From contig CM119268.1 of NCBI GenBank assembly GCA_051294375.1, forward strand, positions 22,881,427 through 22,945,426: a stretch of 64,000 nt of DNA, written 5' to 3'. A model generated the notes under the pieces. It was not told where the DNA came from. It did not search any database and worked only from the letters and a program-made list of their open reading frames with translations. Source of the DNA: Paraspadella gotoi (taxonomy: Eukaryota; Animalia; Chaetognatha). The translations under genes and the position numbers were made by a program. Shown here in pieces: positions 41,583 to 58,500 of this stretch; position 1 is the first letter of the stretch; every line of letters begins with the position of its first letter.

Positions 41583-41966
41583 AATATTGGGCGTAGTCCT
41601 TCAGGAGAACGTTGTGCCAATTAATACTCTTTCTCTCTTACTAATTTTACGTGTAGCTTCTACCAGTTGCTAATACTTTCAAGCCAGTTATCGAGATTCG
41701 AACAAAAACGATTTTTATCTGAATCAGCATTCATTTTTCCCCACTTTCTATCCAGTACTACTTTTCGCGCACAAATTATTTATTTTTATACCGAATTATT
41801 TACAAAATTCACCCATTTTAATAATATGTCACCCAGTGTCTCACGTCTTTTTGTTTGTTTTTGAGTTTCAAAATTTATTTTACGTATACGTTTGAGCATA
41901 TTGTATAACTTTATGCTGCGCCATCGTCCGTGAACTAATATTTGGAAATTGAGTAACTGATAAATA

Positions 41967-43226
41967 CAGAGTGTCTCAAACGTACTGTCACTTTACAAAT
42001 GAACGCTGTGTTAAATTGGTATGGTAAATTATCAAGGTGATAGAACCACCGGAAAGATAAGTTCATACAGTTTTTTTTGGTATCTATATTATCATTTTTA
42101 TTTTTATTTTTATTGACACAATGCAAATTCCAAATGAAGGGAAATTTTGTTTTGAGAGTCGATCAAAAAATTTTGGTGATATTAAATTTATAAAGTATTC
42201 CTGCTTTTGGTGAAAAATATAATTGTGCATATTATATTATAGTAGGCCACTATGTTTATGTAGGCGAGCTATTTGGTCCTAAAATAACAGTAAACTTAGC
42301 TCTAGTAGTATTCCCAATAAACATACCAATTAACTTACTTGTAGAAGAATAGATGCTAACAAGAGTCTTTAATAATAAACAAATATATAATGCTTCTAAC
42401 ATAATTCCTAACCCAATAAGTAAGAACTAAGACCAGAGAGGATGGGACTGCCATATTGGAAGCCAACTCTGTTCCAAGTCAAAGCATAGAATTCATCCTG
42501 AAGCTTTAAACTATAATTGAAATACCTAAGAGTGGCTTCCAATATGGCAGTGCCATCCTCTCTGGTCTTAGTTCTTACTTATTGGGTTAGGAATTATGTT
42601 TATTATTAAAGACTCTTTCTTTCCTCCATAGGGTATGTATGCTTATGACTTTACTTCCCTTAAGCTAGCTATATGCTTCAAGCATGCGAGTATTCTACCA
42701 CAGCAAGTTAGCATCTATTCTTCTACAAGTAAGTTAATTGGTATGATTATTGGGAATACTACTAGAGCTAAGTTTACTGTTATTTTAGGACCAAATAGCT
42801 CGCTTACATTTATTGTGCCCTTTACTAAGAATTTTGTGAATTAAGAATGATTTACGATGATGATAATGATTTCAGAAGAGAAGATTCAAAGAATGATTAC
42901 AAAGAAAATTTGTTTTTTTAGGAGCTCAGTAATTTTACCTTCAGGAACTGATTAACGCTACAAATTTAGTATCCTATGATTCAGCATATGATTCATAGAT
43001 GCATAGAGTACATTCTACTGCTAAAGCTATTTTCCAGCTGAGTGCAGCTCATAAGTATTGCCAATGTAATTGGCTCCGTCAAACAAGCTGCATGTCTGTA
43101 ACAATCTGTCAAAGACATATAAAACTGTAAGAACTTTTGGATCCAACGAGTAAAGTAAATGCATTTTTTATTACTTTACTGATTCGCTGTATTCATTTGT
43201 AAAGAGACAGTACGCTTGAGACTCTG
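41967..43226. mobile_element. Non-autonomous Tc1/mariner-type DNA transposon remnant
   Basis: ~37-bp imperfect TIRs CAGAGTGTCTCAAACGTACTGTCACTTTACAAATGAA, with TA on both sides. Confidence 0.75.
42259..42808. mobile_element. Foldback/MITE with long TIRs, TGT...ACA ends and 4-bp TSD TTTA (Ginger-like), nested in the Tc1-type element
   Basis: 42259-~42470 is the near-perfect reverse complement of ~42530-42808 apart from indels. TTTA at 42255-42258 and 42809-42812. Confidence 0.8.
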
Positions 43227-43720
43227 TAGTAGTCCTAACTTTTTTGGCCTCAGTTACAGCATTTCTTACTAAGTTGGTGTTTTCGTTGTTAATTTTCACG
43301 TTGTGACCGGGTTCGAGGTGTTTCAATGTCTTGTTTTTCAAATCTTATGAAAATCATTTTCCTCCGTCTATTAGAAAAATCGTTTTTAAATATTCTTTTC
43401 TTTTTTTAAGCGATATTCATATCTTCATCCAGCAGCAGCAGCTGCAACCGCAGCCTGCCGCTTTCTCCGCATTTACCCGTCGCTGCTGTCGAAAGCCTTC
43501 GTTACGAATATGAAGTCTCTCTTGCTAAATACGCGGTAGAAGTTGATATTTCTTCCTATGAACCCAAACGCTCTCGACTCGAAATCAAAATGTCATTGAC
43601 GATTCGCTGAATTTAGTGTCTTGACTCCACACACTCGGATTTCTGCGTCTCCTTTTAAAAGAGAGCGAGACAGAGAGGGAGACGGTCTAACTCCTTCCCC
43701 TCTCAAAAACTCTGAAAGCC

Positions 43721-47303
<3,583 letters not shown>

Positions 47304-48253
47304 ACAACTCTTCCAATCGGTCGATGAGAGCATTTCCCCCCCCCTCCCTCTCGCCCCGATTCCTATTTTCTTTTTTACGATCCCTTTCGACGCTCTGCCC
47401 CTTCTGTCCCCCACCCCAGCCCTCGCCCCTCTTTTTGTCCCCCCCCAGCCCTCAGCCCCCTCTTTTTGTCATAAAGAAGCCCGCCTTCGATCTCTTAAAC
47501 TAGTTTTTATTATTTACATTGAGATAAGTTTCTAAAATAGCGGACCGGATTCAGTTCGTTCCTTCGTTTAATTATTATCGTTATGATACAGGTTTAATCG
47601 TGAATCGGGTTACGTTTTTTTTCCCTATTTTTAAAAATTCTAAAAAGAAGTTAACATCGTCAATTAAAGTAGTTAATTTTCCTTAACAGATTTTAATTAT
47701 AATGTTTTGGACGGGAATTTTCATGTTTCTTTTTATTTAAAGCTCGCTGGAAAGATACTATTTACTACAGTAGCTGATAAATTTTACTAAGGCAAGATGA
47801 AACCTAAAATCCCCGTTGTAATGGTGGGACACGGCTTTGAGCGCCTTATTTAAACCTCTAAGGAAAGAGTAGAAAAATTATAAAAGTATAATTTTTTTTT
47901 AAGTTCTAAATATTTCCTCCTGATGGTTTCATTTCTTACAATTGCCTTGTTAATTCAAAATTTTTCACAGGTAAAAAAATGTTCTTTGGATCATACGCGA
48001 CTTTATTAATCGAAAAATTGAACTGCCTTCAATCCAATTTTTAACTTTCGCCTCCCCAGTACATTGAACAACATGATTTTCTTAGCCTACATATAATATT
48101 GTTATGCAACTTATAACGCAGGGAAACATTATAGTTCGCATTTTCTATTTTCTAGTTCCATTTGAACTATTTCCTGCGAATTATTCTCGCAAATTGGATT
48201 ATCTTAAAAGAAGAGGGTCTAAGGTCCACCCCTGTCCAGTGCCCCCCCAAATA

Positions 48254-50162
48254 ATGTCGAAAGGCGACGAAGCGGAGCGGCTCTTCCAGCAGCTCCTCAC
48301 TGAGGCTGCCAAACCCGAATCGGCGGGCGTGGAGCTTCCCTCCCAACTCATCGTGCCCGAGCCGGGGTTTTGCATGAAGACGGTCAAGATCCCCGAAGGA
48401 GCAGAGGCCTCCTACGACGGGCGGGGTTGGCCCCTCGGCGCCGAGAAGGCCTTCGTCAACGTCTGCTTCTCGTCGAAGCTTCCAGATCCGCCCGACATCT
48501 CGGAGGAGAAACTAGTTGAGATCCTGCAAGTCACGGGTGAGTCAATTGGTGGAGGGTGTGTTGAAGATGAATTGGTAATTTTATCTCTCTCTCTCTAGAA
48601 GACGCGCCGGGCGCTGAGTCCTTCAGTGTGCCGATGTCTCTCGGCGAACCCCACGCGGAGTTGGACAAGAACGGAAAAGGTAAAGAGTCTCGTGATTCTT
48701 TTTGTCTTCGTCGTCGCTTCTCATTAACCCTTTAACTCACCTTTGCTTTAACCTTTAACCTTTGCTTTAACCTTTAACCTTTGCTTTAACCTTTGCTTTA
48801 ACCTTTGCTTTAACCTTTGCTTTAACCTTTCTTTGCTTTAACCTTTCTTTGCTTTAACCTTTCTTTGCTTTAACCTTTAACCTTTGCTTTAACCTTTGCT
48901 TTAACCTTTAACCTTTGCTTTAACCTTTAACCTTTGCTTTAACCTCCGCTCAGGTTGCACGGTCTACGACGTCGTCATCAGTCATGGATTCTTCGAGAAA
49001 ATCAAGGAGAAGGAACTCTTCATGTCTTTCTTCACCACGGTAATTTGGTTGTCATGATATTCGTGTTAAAAAGTCATTTGGTTGTCATGATATTCGTGTT
49101 AAAAAGTCATTTGGTTGTCATGATATTCGTGTTTAAAAGTCATTTGGTTGTCATGATATTCGTGTTTAAAAGTCATTTGGTTGTCATGATATTCGTGTTA
49201 AAAAGTCATTTGGTTGTCATGATATTCGTGTTAAAAAGTCATTTGGTTGTCATGATATTCGTGTTAAAAAGTTACGATGCTCTTCTATTTATTGGTGGTA
49301 GATGATCTAACGTTGTTTCAAATTGTTTTCTTGGATTGTAACCAATTTCTGAATCTTAAAACGAATATTAAACTTGAATGAGTAGTTGAGTACGAATGAG
49401 TACAACGAATAACAATCGACTTATTAGTATCATGAAAACCACTAGCAATTCTTTTGTCAGTTATCATATCTTTAAGTTTACCTTGTAAATTTTAAATATA
49501 ACCGACGCCAGGTGGCTCTCGAAGGCATCGAAGACAAGTACAAAGTGAATCTTGCCCGCGACGTCAAACTCCTCAAGAACAAGAAGTTCATGGGGACTTT
49601 GCCGGAACACAACGTCAGGACGAAATCGAAGCCTCGGATCCAGGAAGTGCAGCGACTCATGAAGGAACTCGAGTTACGCGACGGAGGGAAGCAGATAGAG
49701 GAGGCGCAAAAGATCGTCGAGATGCCGGGTGAAGACATTGTTTTGACCGTTACAAATATTGTTTTGCCTACTTTTGAGCTAATATAATATTTAAATAATT
49801 TATATATTTATTTATTTTCTTCTGACGATATCCTTCGCTCGTCCATCATCTCCCCCCCCATTCTTCCTCCTCCAGCCTCGACAACTGCGTCAACTCCCTC
49901 CACTGAACCCAGCTACACGATCCGTCGCGACCCGATCGAGGGGCACCCCCAATTCCTCGTCGTCGAAGTCCTTCTCCCAGGCGTCGTCTCCGCCAAAAGT
50001 CTCTCCCTCTCTCTCAACGAAGACACTCTGTCTCTATCGTCGCGTTCGGGACTGTATCGCCTCCACGTCGCCTGTCTGCCCTTCGATGTCGAACCCGAAG
50101 ACTCAGTCGCAGAGTTCAATAAAATCTCCCAGGTTTTGACAGTCACGCTTCCGGTCTCTTGA
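48254..50162 (+). CDS. PIH1D1: PIH1 domain-containing protein 1 (R2TP co-chaperone), 5 exons
   Basis: PEPGFCMKT, KAFVNVC, VPMSLGEPHAELDKNGKGCTVYDVV, LKNKKFMG. C-terminal CS domain AEFNKISQVLTVTLP. Confidence 0.92.
48737..48945. repeat. Pyrimidine-rich tandem repeat (CCTTTGCTTTAA/CCTTTAA units) directly upstream of a 3' splice site
   Basis: Seen directly. Confidence 0.9.
49043..49272. repeat. 33-bp minisatellite x7 (ATTTGGTTGTCATGATATTCGTGTTAAAAAGTC)
   Basis: Seen directly, at the start of PIH1D1 intron 3. Confidence 0.95.
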
Positions 50163-50538
50163 CGGCGGCGGTGAGAGTCGTTAGAGCCACGCCCCCCAGC
50201 GCTTCCCCCTAGTAGTCCTGTTTTGTGATATCTCGTTATGCAGCATTATTTTGGCCATTTCATTTTTGATAATGTCTCATAAAACTTTCTTCACCAGAAT
50301 TTTGATTCAATTCGAATGAAACGAAGCTTTTATTGATGTTTTTTTTTTTTTTTTTTAAAGATAAAAATTAGTGTATACAAAGACGTGAGTTTATTGTTAT
50401 CTCGTTATTATTTCTTTACTTTTTTTTTTCATCAGAAGGAATAAAAAATACGATAAACTCTTTGATCTTAAAAAGTCTTTGTAGCAAATTTGGGAGGCCA
50501 ATTTTGTAGCAAGTTTCGGAGGCCATTGTCGCGGCAAA

Positions 50539-52817
50539 ATGTCTCGTGGAGAATTGGCCTGCAAAGTCTACGTGGGGGAGTTGGATCCGAGGGCGGAGAA
50601 GAAGGAGGTGGAGGATTGTTTCGCCAAATGCGGACGAATTAGGTGAGGACTGACTGACTGACTTTTTTGTTGTGAGGAGAAAAGGAAAAAGGAATTTGAT
50701 TAATGATCTCATTTTCAGGGTGGCAACTGAGAATATTCCCTTCTTTAGATTTCCTCGCAACTTGAACTTTATTTGAATGCATGTAAATTATATGTAAATA
50801 TAACTAAAAGCGAGTCTCTTAAGGTGTGGTTTTTCTCAATTGCCTCCTGCTTTTTTTTTTATTTGGTTTTAATTTTTTGTCGGCCAGGTCTAGTCATAAG
50901 CGTAATTCTGACAACGCTTCTCAAATGTGGCGGTACTCTGTACCGCGTCTTATAAATTATTTATTCAAGTTTGATTTCAATATTGCTATATTCATCTAAT
51001 AAATGTCTTTTTAATAAAGCTTAAATTTATAAAAGGTAACCCCGAATTAATATGTTTAAAAATTGCCAAAAGTGTAACACGAAAACTATTTTCTATCTTA
51101 AGTAATGACCTTCCTACCTTCGTGGGAGGCTGATAAAATCCTCGCCCCTTCGCGCCCTTCCTACGGCCCCTTATTAAATGGCGACCCGTCTGGCACTCTT
51201 CCGGCGCGTCGCTACGTATCACGCGCGCCCGTGCCTTCGCGTCGCGGCGCGTTCCATGCTACGCGCCGGGCCTTCTCGTCGCTTCCTTGTTACGCGCGTC
51301 GTCTTGTCACGTCCCCTTGCGCCGCGTCCCGTCGCGTCACGTCCGTCGGCGTCCGTCCGTCCGTCCGCGCGATTAGATTCTTGATTGAGACAATCGTCAG
51401 ATGAGAGCGAGACAAAATAGAGGGTGTGTTGAGAGAGACAGAGAGTGAGTTTGAGATAAAAAAGTGAGAAAAATGGGAGAGTAAGTTGTTAAGGAGTCAT
51501 AGAGAGAAAGAGAGAGACGGAGATCATGAGATTAATCTCCAAAGAGATAGAGTGTTAGAAAGAGAGAGAAAGCGAGACAGAGAGAGAGTTGCACAGGGGA
51601 ACGCTTCCTTCCTTGCTTCCTCCTCGACGCGTCTTCCTTCTTCTCCGTTCGTCGTAATTAATTCTCTGCTTTAGTCTCGTCTTAACTTCGTTTCACTTCG
51701 GTCAAATTCAAGGGTAAAAAAAAAAAGAAAAACAGAAACTGTTTTGCCTATATATTTTGTCATTTGTCTATTAGTTAAAAAAATATTCATTTTGTTGGAA
51801 TATAAATTTTATTTTCGTTATCATTTGGGTGTTGATATTTTCCTGTGCATAAATGGCATAATGCCGTATAACTCAAGCAAGCCATTTGTTATAAAGCGTT
51901 TTTAACTGGATTTAACTGCTCCGCAAATTGACCTTTCAAATATTTTTCAACAATGTTTAATATTTAATAATTGTTCTGTGCCTTCCTTTAAATTAAGCTG
52001 AACTTCTCCTTCTCCCCTTCCCCTCCGATCCCCTTCCCCACTTATCCCCACCCCCGCCATTAGATCCGTCTGGGTCGCCCGCAATCCTCCCGGTTTCGCT
52101 TTCGTCGAGTACGAGGATCCGCGCGACGCCGAAGACGCGGTGCGCCATCTAGACGGGTCGCGCATCGGACAGGGACGCGTCCGCGTGGAGATGTCACGCG
52201 GTGGGCGTGGCCGTCGCAAGGACGAGTATCGCGAACAGAGACGCTACTCGCCGCCGAGATACGCTCCGAGGTTTGAACGGTTACGTATATATTAAATAAT
52301 GAAATTGGTACAACCAATATAAAAATTATCCATTCATTTAATAAATAAGCAATCTTGCCCCTGACTTTGGACAGGCTTTGGTGGTTTAAGGCCTCCATCA
52401 CTCTTACAAGATAATGACATAGCAGGTCCTTGCAAGCTTTCAATCAAGACTCTCTCACAGTCTCGTTTATTCACTCCCAGAGTATATATCCCAGATATAT
52501 ATATCCCAGATAATAATAATTTCAAAAGAAATTGTGTTCTCCAATCTCATTTGCATATTGTAGCAGTTTAGATTATTTATTTTTTATACGGTTTTCATAG
52601 AAGTATTATTTTACTATTTTAGCGATAATTTTAATAGGGTTTAATGATAATTTAGTTATCCAATTAATATCTCAATATTTATAATAGAAAATTACTTAGT
52701 TTTTACTAAGGCGCTCTCAATTTCCTCGACAGGTCCCGTTCCCGTGAACGTCGTCGCTCTCCTTCGCGCGAAAGAAGCTACAGGCGCTACTCTCGCTCTC
52801 GCTCCAGAAGCCACTAA
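50539..52817 (+). CDS. SRSF3: SR splicing factor, SRSF3/Rbp1-like (exons 50539-50642, 52064-52269, 52733-52817)
   Basis: [45 protein letters not shown] plus an RS tail. No zinc knuckle. Confidence 0.88.
52299..52482 (-). mobile_element. Repeat family A copy (5'-truncated), adjacent to a family B copy
   Basis: Reverse complement of the family A consensus. Confidence 0.8.
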
Positions 52818-53617
52818 AAAGCTGGGGGAGCGGAATCTCTAGATCCAGAAGCCAATTGAAAGCGGCTGAAGGGGTAGAATCGGCTGCTTCAAGAAGCCGG
52901 CTTAAAGCGGAAGTGGAGAACCTCTCTCTCTCTCTCTCTCTCGTCTTTCCTCTCATCTCTCTGCTCTCTCTTCCGGGAGTCGCCTCTTCTCTCTCTCATC
53001 TCCTCCTCTCTCTCCTCTCCCTCCGCAATCAAATTTTTACAAATTTTTCAAGTTTTCTTTCTTTTTCTTTTTCTCGGTTCTCCTGTTTTTGTATCCACTA
53101 CGAAAAAAATCTTTCCGTTGGAGAAACGTAAATAATTATTAATTATTTGTATTTTCTTTGTTCCCGGTAAATTTCTTCTTTGTTGTTTGGATTGTAAACC
53201 GATATCTATCATAATCTCTTTTTTTTTTTCGTATTTTTTCTCTTTTCGTTTCGTTTTGTCGACCAGATATATTAATAAAAAGAATTATAAACAAACATTT
53301 ATTCGTTTTCTTTTTTCTTAGTCTGATTGACTCCGAGAAGGCAAAGTCTGCCGGGGAAGGAAAAATAAACAAAAAACAAAAAAGGAAGTGTCGACTTTGA
53401 TTTTCGAGTTGAAAATCTTGTTTTTTTATGGGAGAACTCGTAAATTCGATAAATAAATCGATGAAAAAAAAAAACAATAAAACAACTGAATGAAACCAAC
53501 GCACTGACTTTGAATTTGGGACGCGCGATTCATAGACTCACAGATTACGATCTTAGAATCCAGATTCGTAAGAAGCTTTAAGTTTAACCCGCGTCTTTCT
53601 TTCGCGTCCCGATTCAT

Positions 53618-53752
53618 CGCTCTTCCCCATCAACGACGCTCTTCCCCATCAACGACGCTCTTCCCCATCAACGACGCTCTTCCCCATCAGCAGCGCTCTT
53701 CCCCATCAACGACGCTCTTCCCCATCAACGACGCTCTTCCCCACCACTGCCG
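53618..53752. repeat. 19-bp tandem repeat x~7 (CGCTCTTCCCCATCAACGA) just upstream of the Ly6 ATG
   Basis: Seen directly. Confidence 0.9.
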
Positions 53753-53803
53753 CTCTCCCCTCTCGCGCTTCATCCATTTCTTTCCCGATTAAAAATCCCA
53801 AAG

Positions 53804-54884
53804 ATGGCGCGGCCCGTTTCGTCTTCCGCCTGGCTGCTGTGCGGCCTCATCGGTCTCCTCGCCTTCGTGACTCCCAGTTTGGGCGAGGATTTTAAGTGTT
53901 ACAGGTCGGTCGGGCGCTCCAACTTCACGTGTCTCGTGATACGTGATAAAGTTTACTTTTGTTTTTGGGGAAGAAAATATCGTCCTTGGAGTTATGTTTG
54001 TAAAAAAATCAGAATATGAAATAAAAAAAAAAATTTCACGTAGTTTTTGTGTTAATTCAGTTTCGAGAGAAATTGTTATGATTTATACATGTAATCTATA
54101 ATCTACGAAGCAACGATACATAAACAAACAAACAAACAATGTTTCTCTGTCATTGAATCTCAATCCTCGATCTTCAGATGCGAAATGGACTCCGAGGCTA
54201 AGAAGCCCTCGCGTTGCGACTCGGTCCAGGTGTGCTCCGGCGAGAGGCCCGTCTGCGGCAAGCTCGAGTTCTCCGCCTTCTTCCACGGAGTTATGGGCGT
54301 CCGGACGCTCAAGTTCTGCTACGACATGGTAAATCTGCTCGAGACATTCTTTTCAACGATCCCACCTTTGCCACGCCCACTGACCCCTTGACCTCTTCCC
54401 ATTCAGCGCCGCAAAGACTCTGGTCGCCCACTAGAGGACATCGATCTCTGCGACGTTCCGCATCACGACTTCCACTCCGTCTTCTCTCTTGAAACTCGTT
54501 CCATTCTTGGCACGGTGAGACTTGAGGGCGCTTTAGAAAACTCTCCCTTTTATGTGTAGTTTTCAAATCTTGATTTTGGTTGACTCTATGGGTGAAATCT
54601 GTGAGCGTTGTCAATTTTCATTTAGTTTATTAATAGTTTAATAATACAATTATTTTGCATCCGCTGGCGTATTATAAAGAAAAATCCAAGGCCGCAAAAT
54701 CACCCAATTTTGACAACCCTTTTTTTTCCCCCGTCTTTTCCAGGTGTGCAAGAACAAGCATTCGACATGGCATATGTCTCACAGTTGCACCACGAGTATG
54801 TGCAATGGTGCCGACCAAAGGACGAAGACTGCGACGTCTTTGCTTCTGTTCGTAACTGCTCTCGCGCTGTGGGCCGCTTGGTGA
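53804..54884 (+). CDS. Ly6/uPAR (three-finger) GPI-anchored protein, 4 exons
   Basis: Signal peptide, KCYRC start, 10 Cys, terminal C-x4-CNG, hydrophobic C-terminal GPI signal. Confidence 0.8.
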
Positions 54885-55599
54885 ACAGACTTGACCCCGT
54901 CGTCCTCTTTTTAAGTCTTTAGCCTTAGTCCCTTTTTTTTAATAATTACTTTTTCTTTCGTCATCGAAATTTTTTTTTCAGAGTTTTATCGTTCGTTGTT
55001 GTTGTTGTTGTTGTTGTTTTGGAACCTGTTAATTCCTCGCAGAAATGTTTCATGCGGATGACTCGTTAACTTGATTAAAAGTCTGATCTTTTAATTAAAT
55101 TTTGATCTATTTTTAGTTTCGTTGGTTTTTTTTTGTCAAATGCGAGAGTCATCCCCGTGCGACTTTGTTTTTGTAATCCCCGTTATGAAACGACTTTAGT
55201 GTCTTACTGTTCGTTAATCGTTGAATCATTGTCAAGAAATCTATTTTTATTAATTCATACATACTTTCAGTTGCTTCGCCTCTTTATGGATTATGGAATC
55301 AAGGTTTTTTTTGTTGTAGCGCTGATTATATTTAACCAATTGGCATCTTCTATTTTTTTTCAAAATCGTTGGGCGTTCGATTTATGATCATTGCTCTTCT
55401 CGTTTCTGTTGCTCTTGAGAATAACAAATATACAAATCATGTTACGACAACAAAAAAAAAATTATTTTCAGTTTGTGAACGATGAAACTATTGGAAGAAA
55501 AAAAAAAAAGCCTTTCAGATATTTAGCGCAGTTGTAAAAAAAGTTAAATTAATTAGACTTTAATTAAAAACCAGTTATTCAATTAAAAACCTTTATAAG

Positions 55600-58500
55600 A
55601 TGTCTTCTCTGGCGGCGCGGCGCCTTCTTTGGCGTCGATGCGGCGCCCCCGACGCCGGCCTGGCACGCCGGCAAACGCAGTTGCGCGCCGCGTCCTCTTA
55701 CGTGGTTCTGCTTCCGGAAATTCCCACGGACTCTCCGGAGACGAACGCCCTCATGCGGCCAGATTCCTTACCCGCTTTCAGGTAGCCTTTGACCCGTTTT
55801 TTGTGATAGGGCGAGAACGAGGACTGGGCGACTTACCAACCTTCTTCTCCTTACTCCACAGCGAGATAACCCCCGAGTCCTCCGTCAGCGGCGTCGCCAA
55901 ACTCTCCATCGAATTCGAGACCGAATTAAGTCTCCACGTCCAACGCCTCCCCAGCCTCCCTTCCACCTTCGACCAAGTCATTCGGCCTCTGGAGCTCGTC
56001 GCTTCTCCACTCGATTTCGCGTGGAAGACGGTTCGTCACCTCAGCAACGTTCAGAGGTGCGAGGATCAACGGATCTTAGTTGATCAGTACTTTTGTAACA
56101 GATGGTTTCTTGGTATATTTCTGAATGAGACTCAGAATAGTTTTAGTTTAGTTTGTTTAGTGATAAATAAATCAAATTGCTTCTGTTTCAATATTTGACT
56201 CGTTTTGGGGTTTTTCTGAGTCTTTCTTTATTCGCCTCATGGCCCAACCAATTGAATATCTCAGGAGCGAGAAGTATCCCAAGGCGTATCGACGAATCCA
56301 CCCTCACGCTCTCACGGCCAAAAACGAGATGTGGACCCACAAAGCTCTTTACGAGGCTGTCAAGGAATTACGGAAAGACGAGAGTCTGGGTAAGATAATT
56401 CGAGCAGTGTCGCCGATTGTAGTACTAAAATTTTAAATCTGTAAAATAAAAAACAGATACTTAGTTAAGGTCCTTTTAAACATTAGTTGGGAAGGCCAGG
56501 TGCTGAGATTCCCTGGATGTTAATAAATTAGACGGTGAAAGTTTTTATTTAAAGCTTGCATGGTCCTGATATGTTATTACTTGTTACCTTTACCCACTGA
56601 AGCCTGTCTAATGTCAGGAGGCAAGAAAGCTTATTTATTACAATGGTTGCGCCAATTTGATAGAAATCTTGTGGGGTATTGAAGGCGTGAAGAACTCGAG
56701 GGAAAAATAATGGTATATTTCGCGAAGAGTAGAAACGAGAGAATGTATCGCTAGACAAAATATACTGAGGGGCAGGAGGAGGAAAGAAGAAGAAGAGGAG
56801 AATTGGACGGCAGGCCAAATCCTCCTCTGGAAATGAACCTATTAAATGGAACTGGAATTCCTCTTTGCTTTCTCCCAGACGAATTCCAACGTCGCGTCTT
56901 GGACGTTTACGATTTAAACTTTCGACTCAACGGAACTCAACTCGACGCGGATGAATACGAGAAGCTCAAGTATTTTCTCGATCGGTTGAACGAGGAGAGA
57001 ACGATCTTTAGAGACGTTGTTGCCTCGACAGAAAAGAAATTCAGGTTTGGGAAGAGAATTAGGAGCTTAACTCCTGGATTCAACTTTGATTGATACGAAT
57101 AAGAAAAATTGTAAAAAATTGTCTTCTTTCCCCATGTACCTTTTCAAGCTCGACGCTAACCAACCCGGACGACGTGCTCGACATGCCCCATTTCCTGATC
57201 AAGTATCTCGCCGAAGACAAGCTTAACCCGATTCGCGGCCCCTGGAAGGTCACTTTAGATCCCGCCATCTTCCACCCTTTCATGGAGTACTGCCCCAATA
57301 GGCGAGATTTTCTATGGAATTATAAAGTGTGTTTGTATTTTGATGCTGGGCGGAGTACAATATAGTATTCCCCGATCTAATACAATAAGGGAGTGGTATT
57401 TTCATACAATTGAACCTTTCTTTGAAATACTATACACTTCATTGATAGGAAGCCAGGTACTCTGGGAGTGAATAAACGAAACTGTGAGCGAGTTTTGATT
57501 TAAAACTTGCAGGGACCTGCTATGTCATTTTCTTGTAAGAGTGATTGGAAGCCTTAAAAACCACCAAAAGCCTGTCCAATAGTCAGGGACAAGAATTTAT
57601 TGAATGAATGGATAATTTTTATATTGGTTGTTCCCATTTCATGAGATTAGAATCCATTTATTTATCCAGACTAGCTCGGTGGAACGCCTGGCAGGCGTTT
57701 TACGACAAGGCGGGTCCGTCTCACGGAGTCTACAAGACGAACAAGAAACGAATCGAAGACATGAGGTTTAATCGAATGAGCATCGCAAATCTCCTCGGGT
57801 TTAAAGTGCGACGGATAATTGAATTATTTATTAAATAAAAAAAACCTAAATTAACCGTCGATGTCATCCTTAATCCGATCAGAACTTCGCGTCGATGTCT
57901 CAAGAGACGAAGATGTCGGGATCCGTCGACGTCGTCCTCGGATTCCTGGAGAATTTGAGATCCTTCGCCAAACCTGTCGTCGACGAATCCGTCAAGGAGT
58001 TGGAGGCTTTCGCCAAAGAAAACGGTGAGACATCTGAGAGGCATCTATTTCTCTTTCTTCTCGTCTCTGTTTTACAATATTTTTTAGTTTCTCATATACT
58101 TTCTTTGATGTCCAAAAAAGCCCATTTATATGTAATTTGGATGAAAGCTCGTTCAGGCCTCAGAGAGAGTTTCCATGGACTTGACTGTAAATTCATTCAA
58201 TCATTTTTTAATTCATTTATCCTTTCATTCTTTCCATTCCATCCAAGGCTTCGACGGTCCCAACCTCGAACTCCACGACGTCCCCTTCTGGCGACGCCTC
58301 CACCGCCAATCCCTCTTCCCCGCCGTCGCCGACGCCGCCGACGCCGCCGAATACTTTCCTTTCGAGTTTGTCTTCGACAAGATGTTGGAGACGCTCGGCC
58401 GCCTCTTCGAGATCGACTTCCAACGGGTCGTCGATGCTGAGGTGGACGCTTATCACCCCGATGTCAGGTGAAGGCAGATTTGGGTGGTTGGAAGTGTGGT

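Noticed and set aside
43300-43320. GGTTCGAG B-box-like motif upstream of YY1
   Set aside because: No A box or cloverleaf. Compatible with chance.
49043-49272. 33-bp repeats of CRISPR-like length
   Set aside because: Head-to-tail with no unique spacers, in a eukaryotic intron, with no cas genes.
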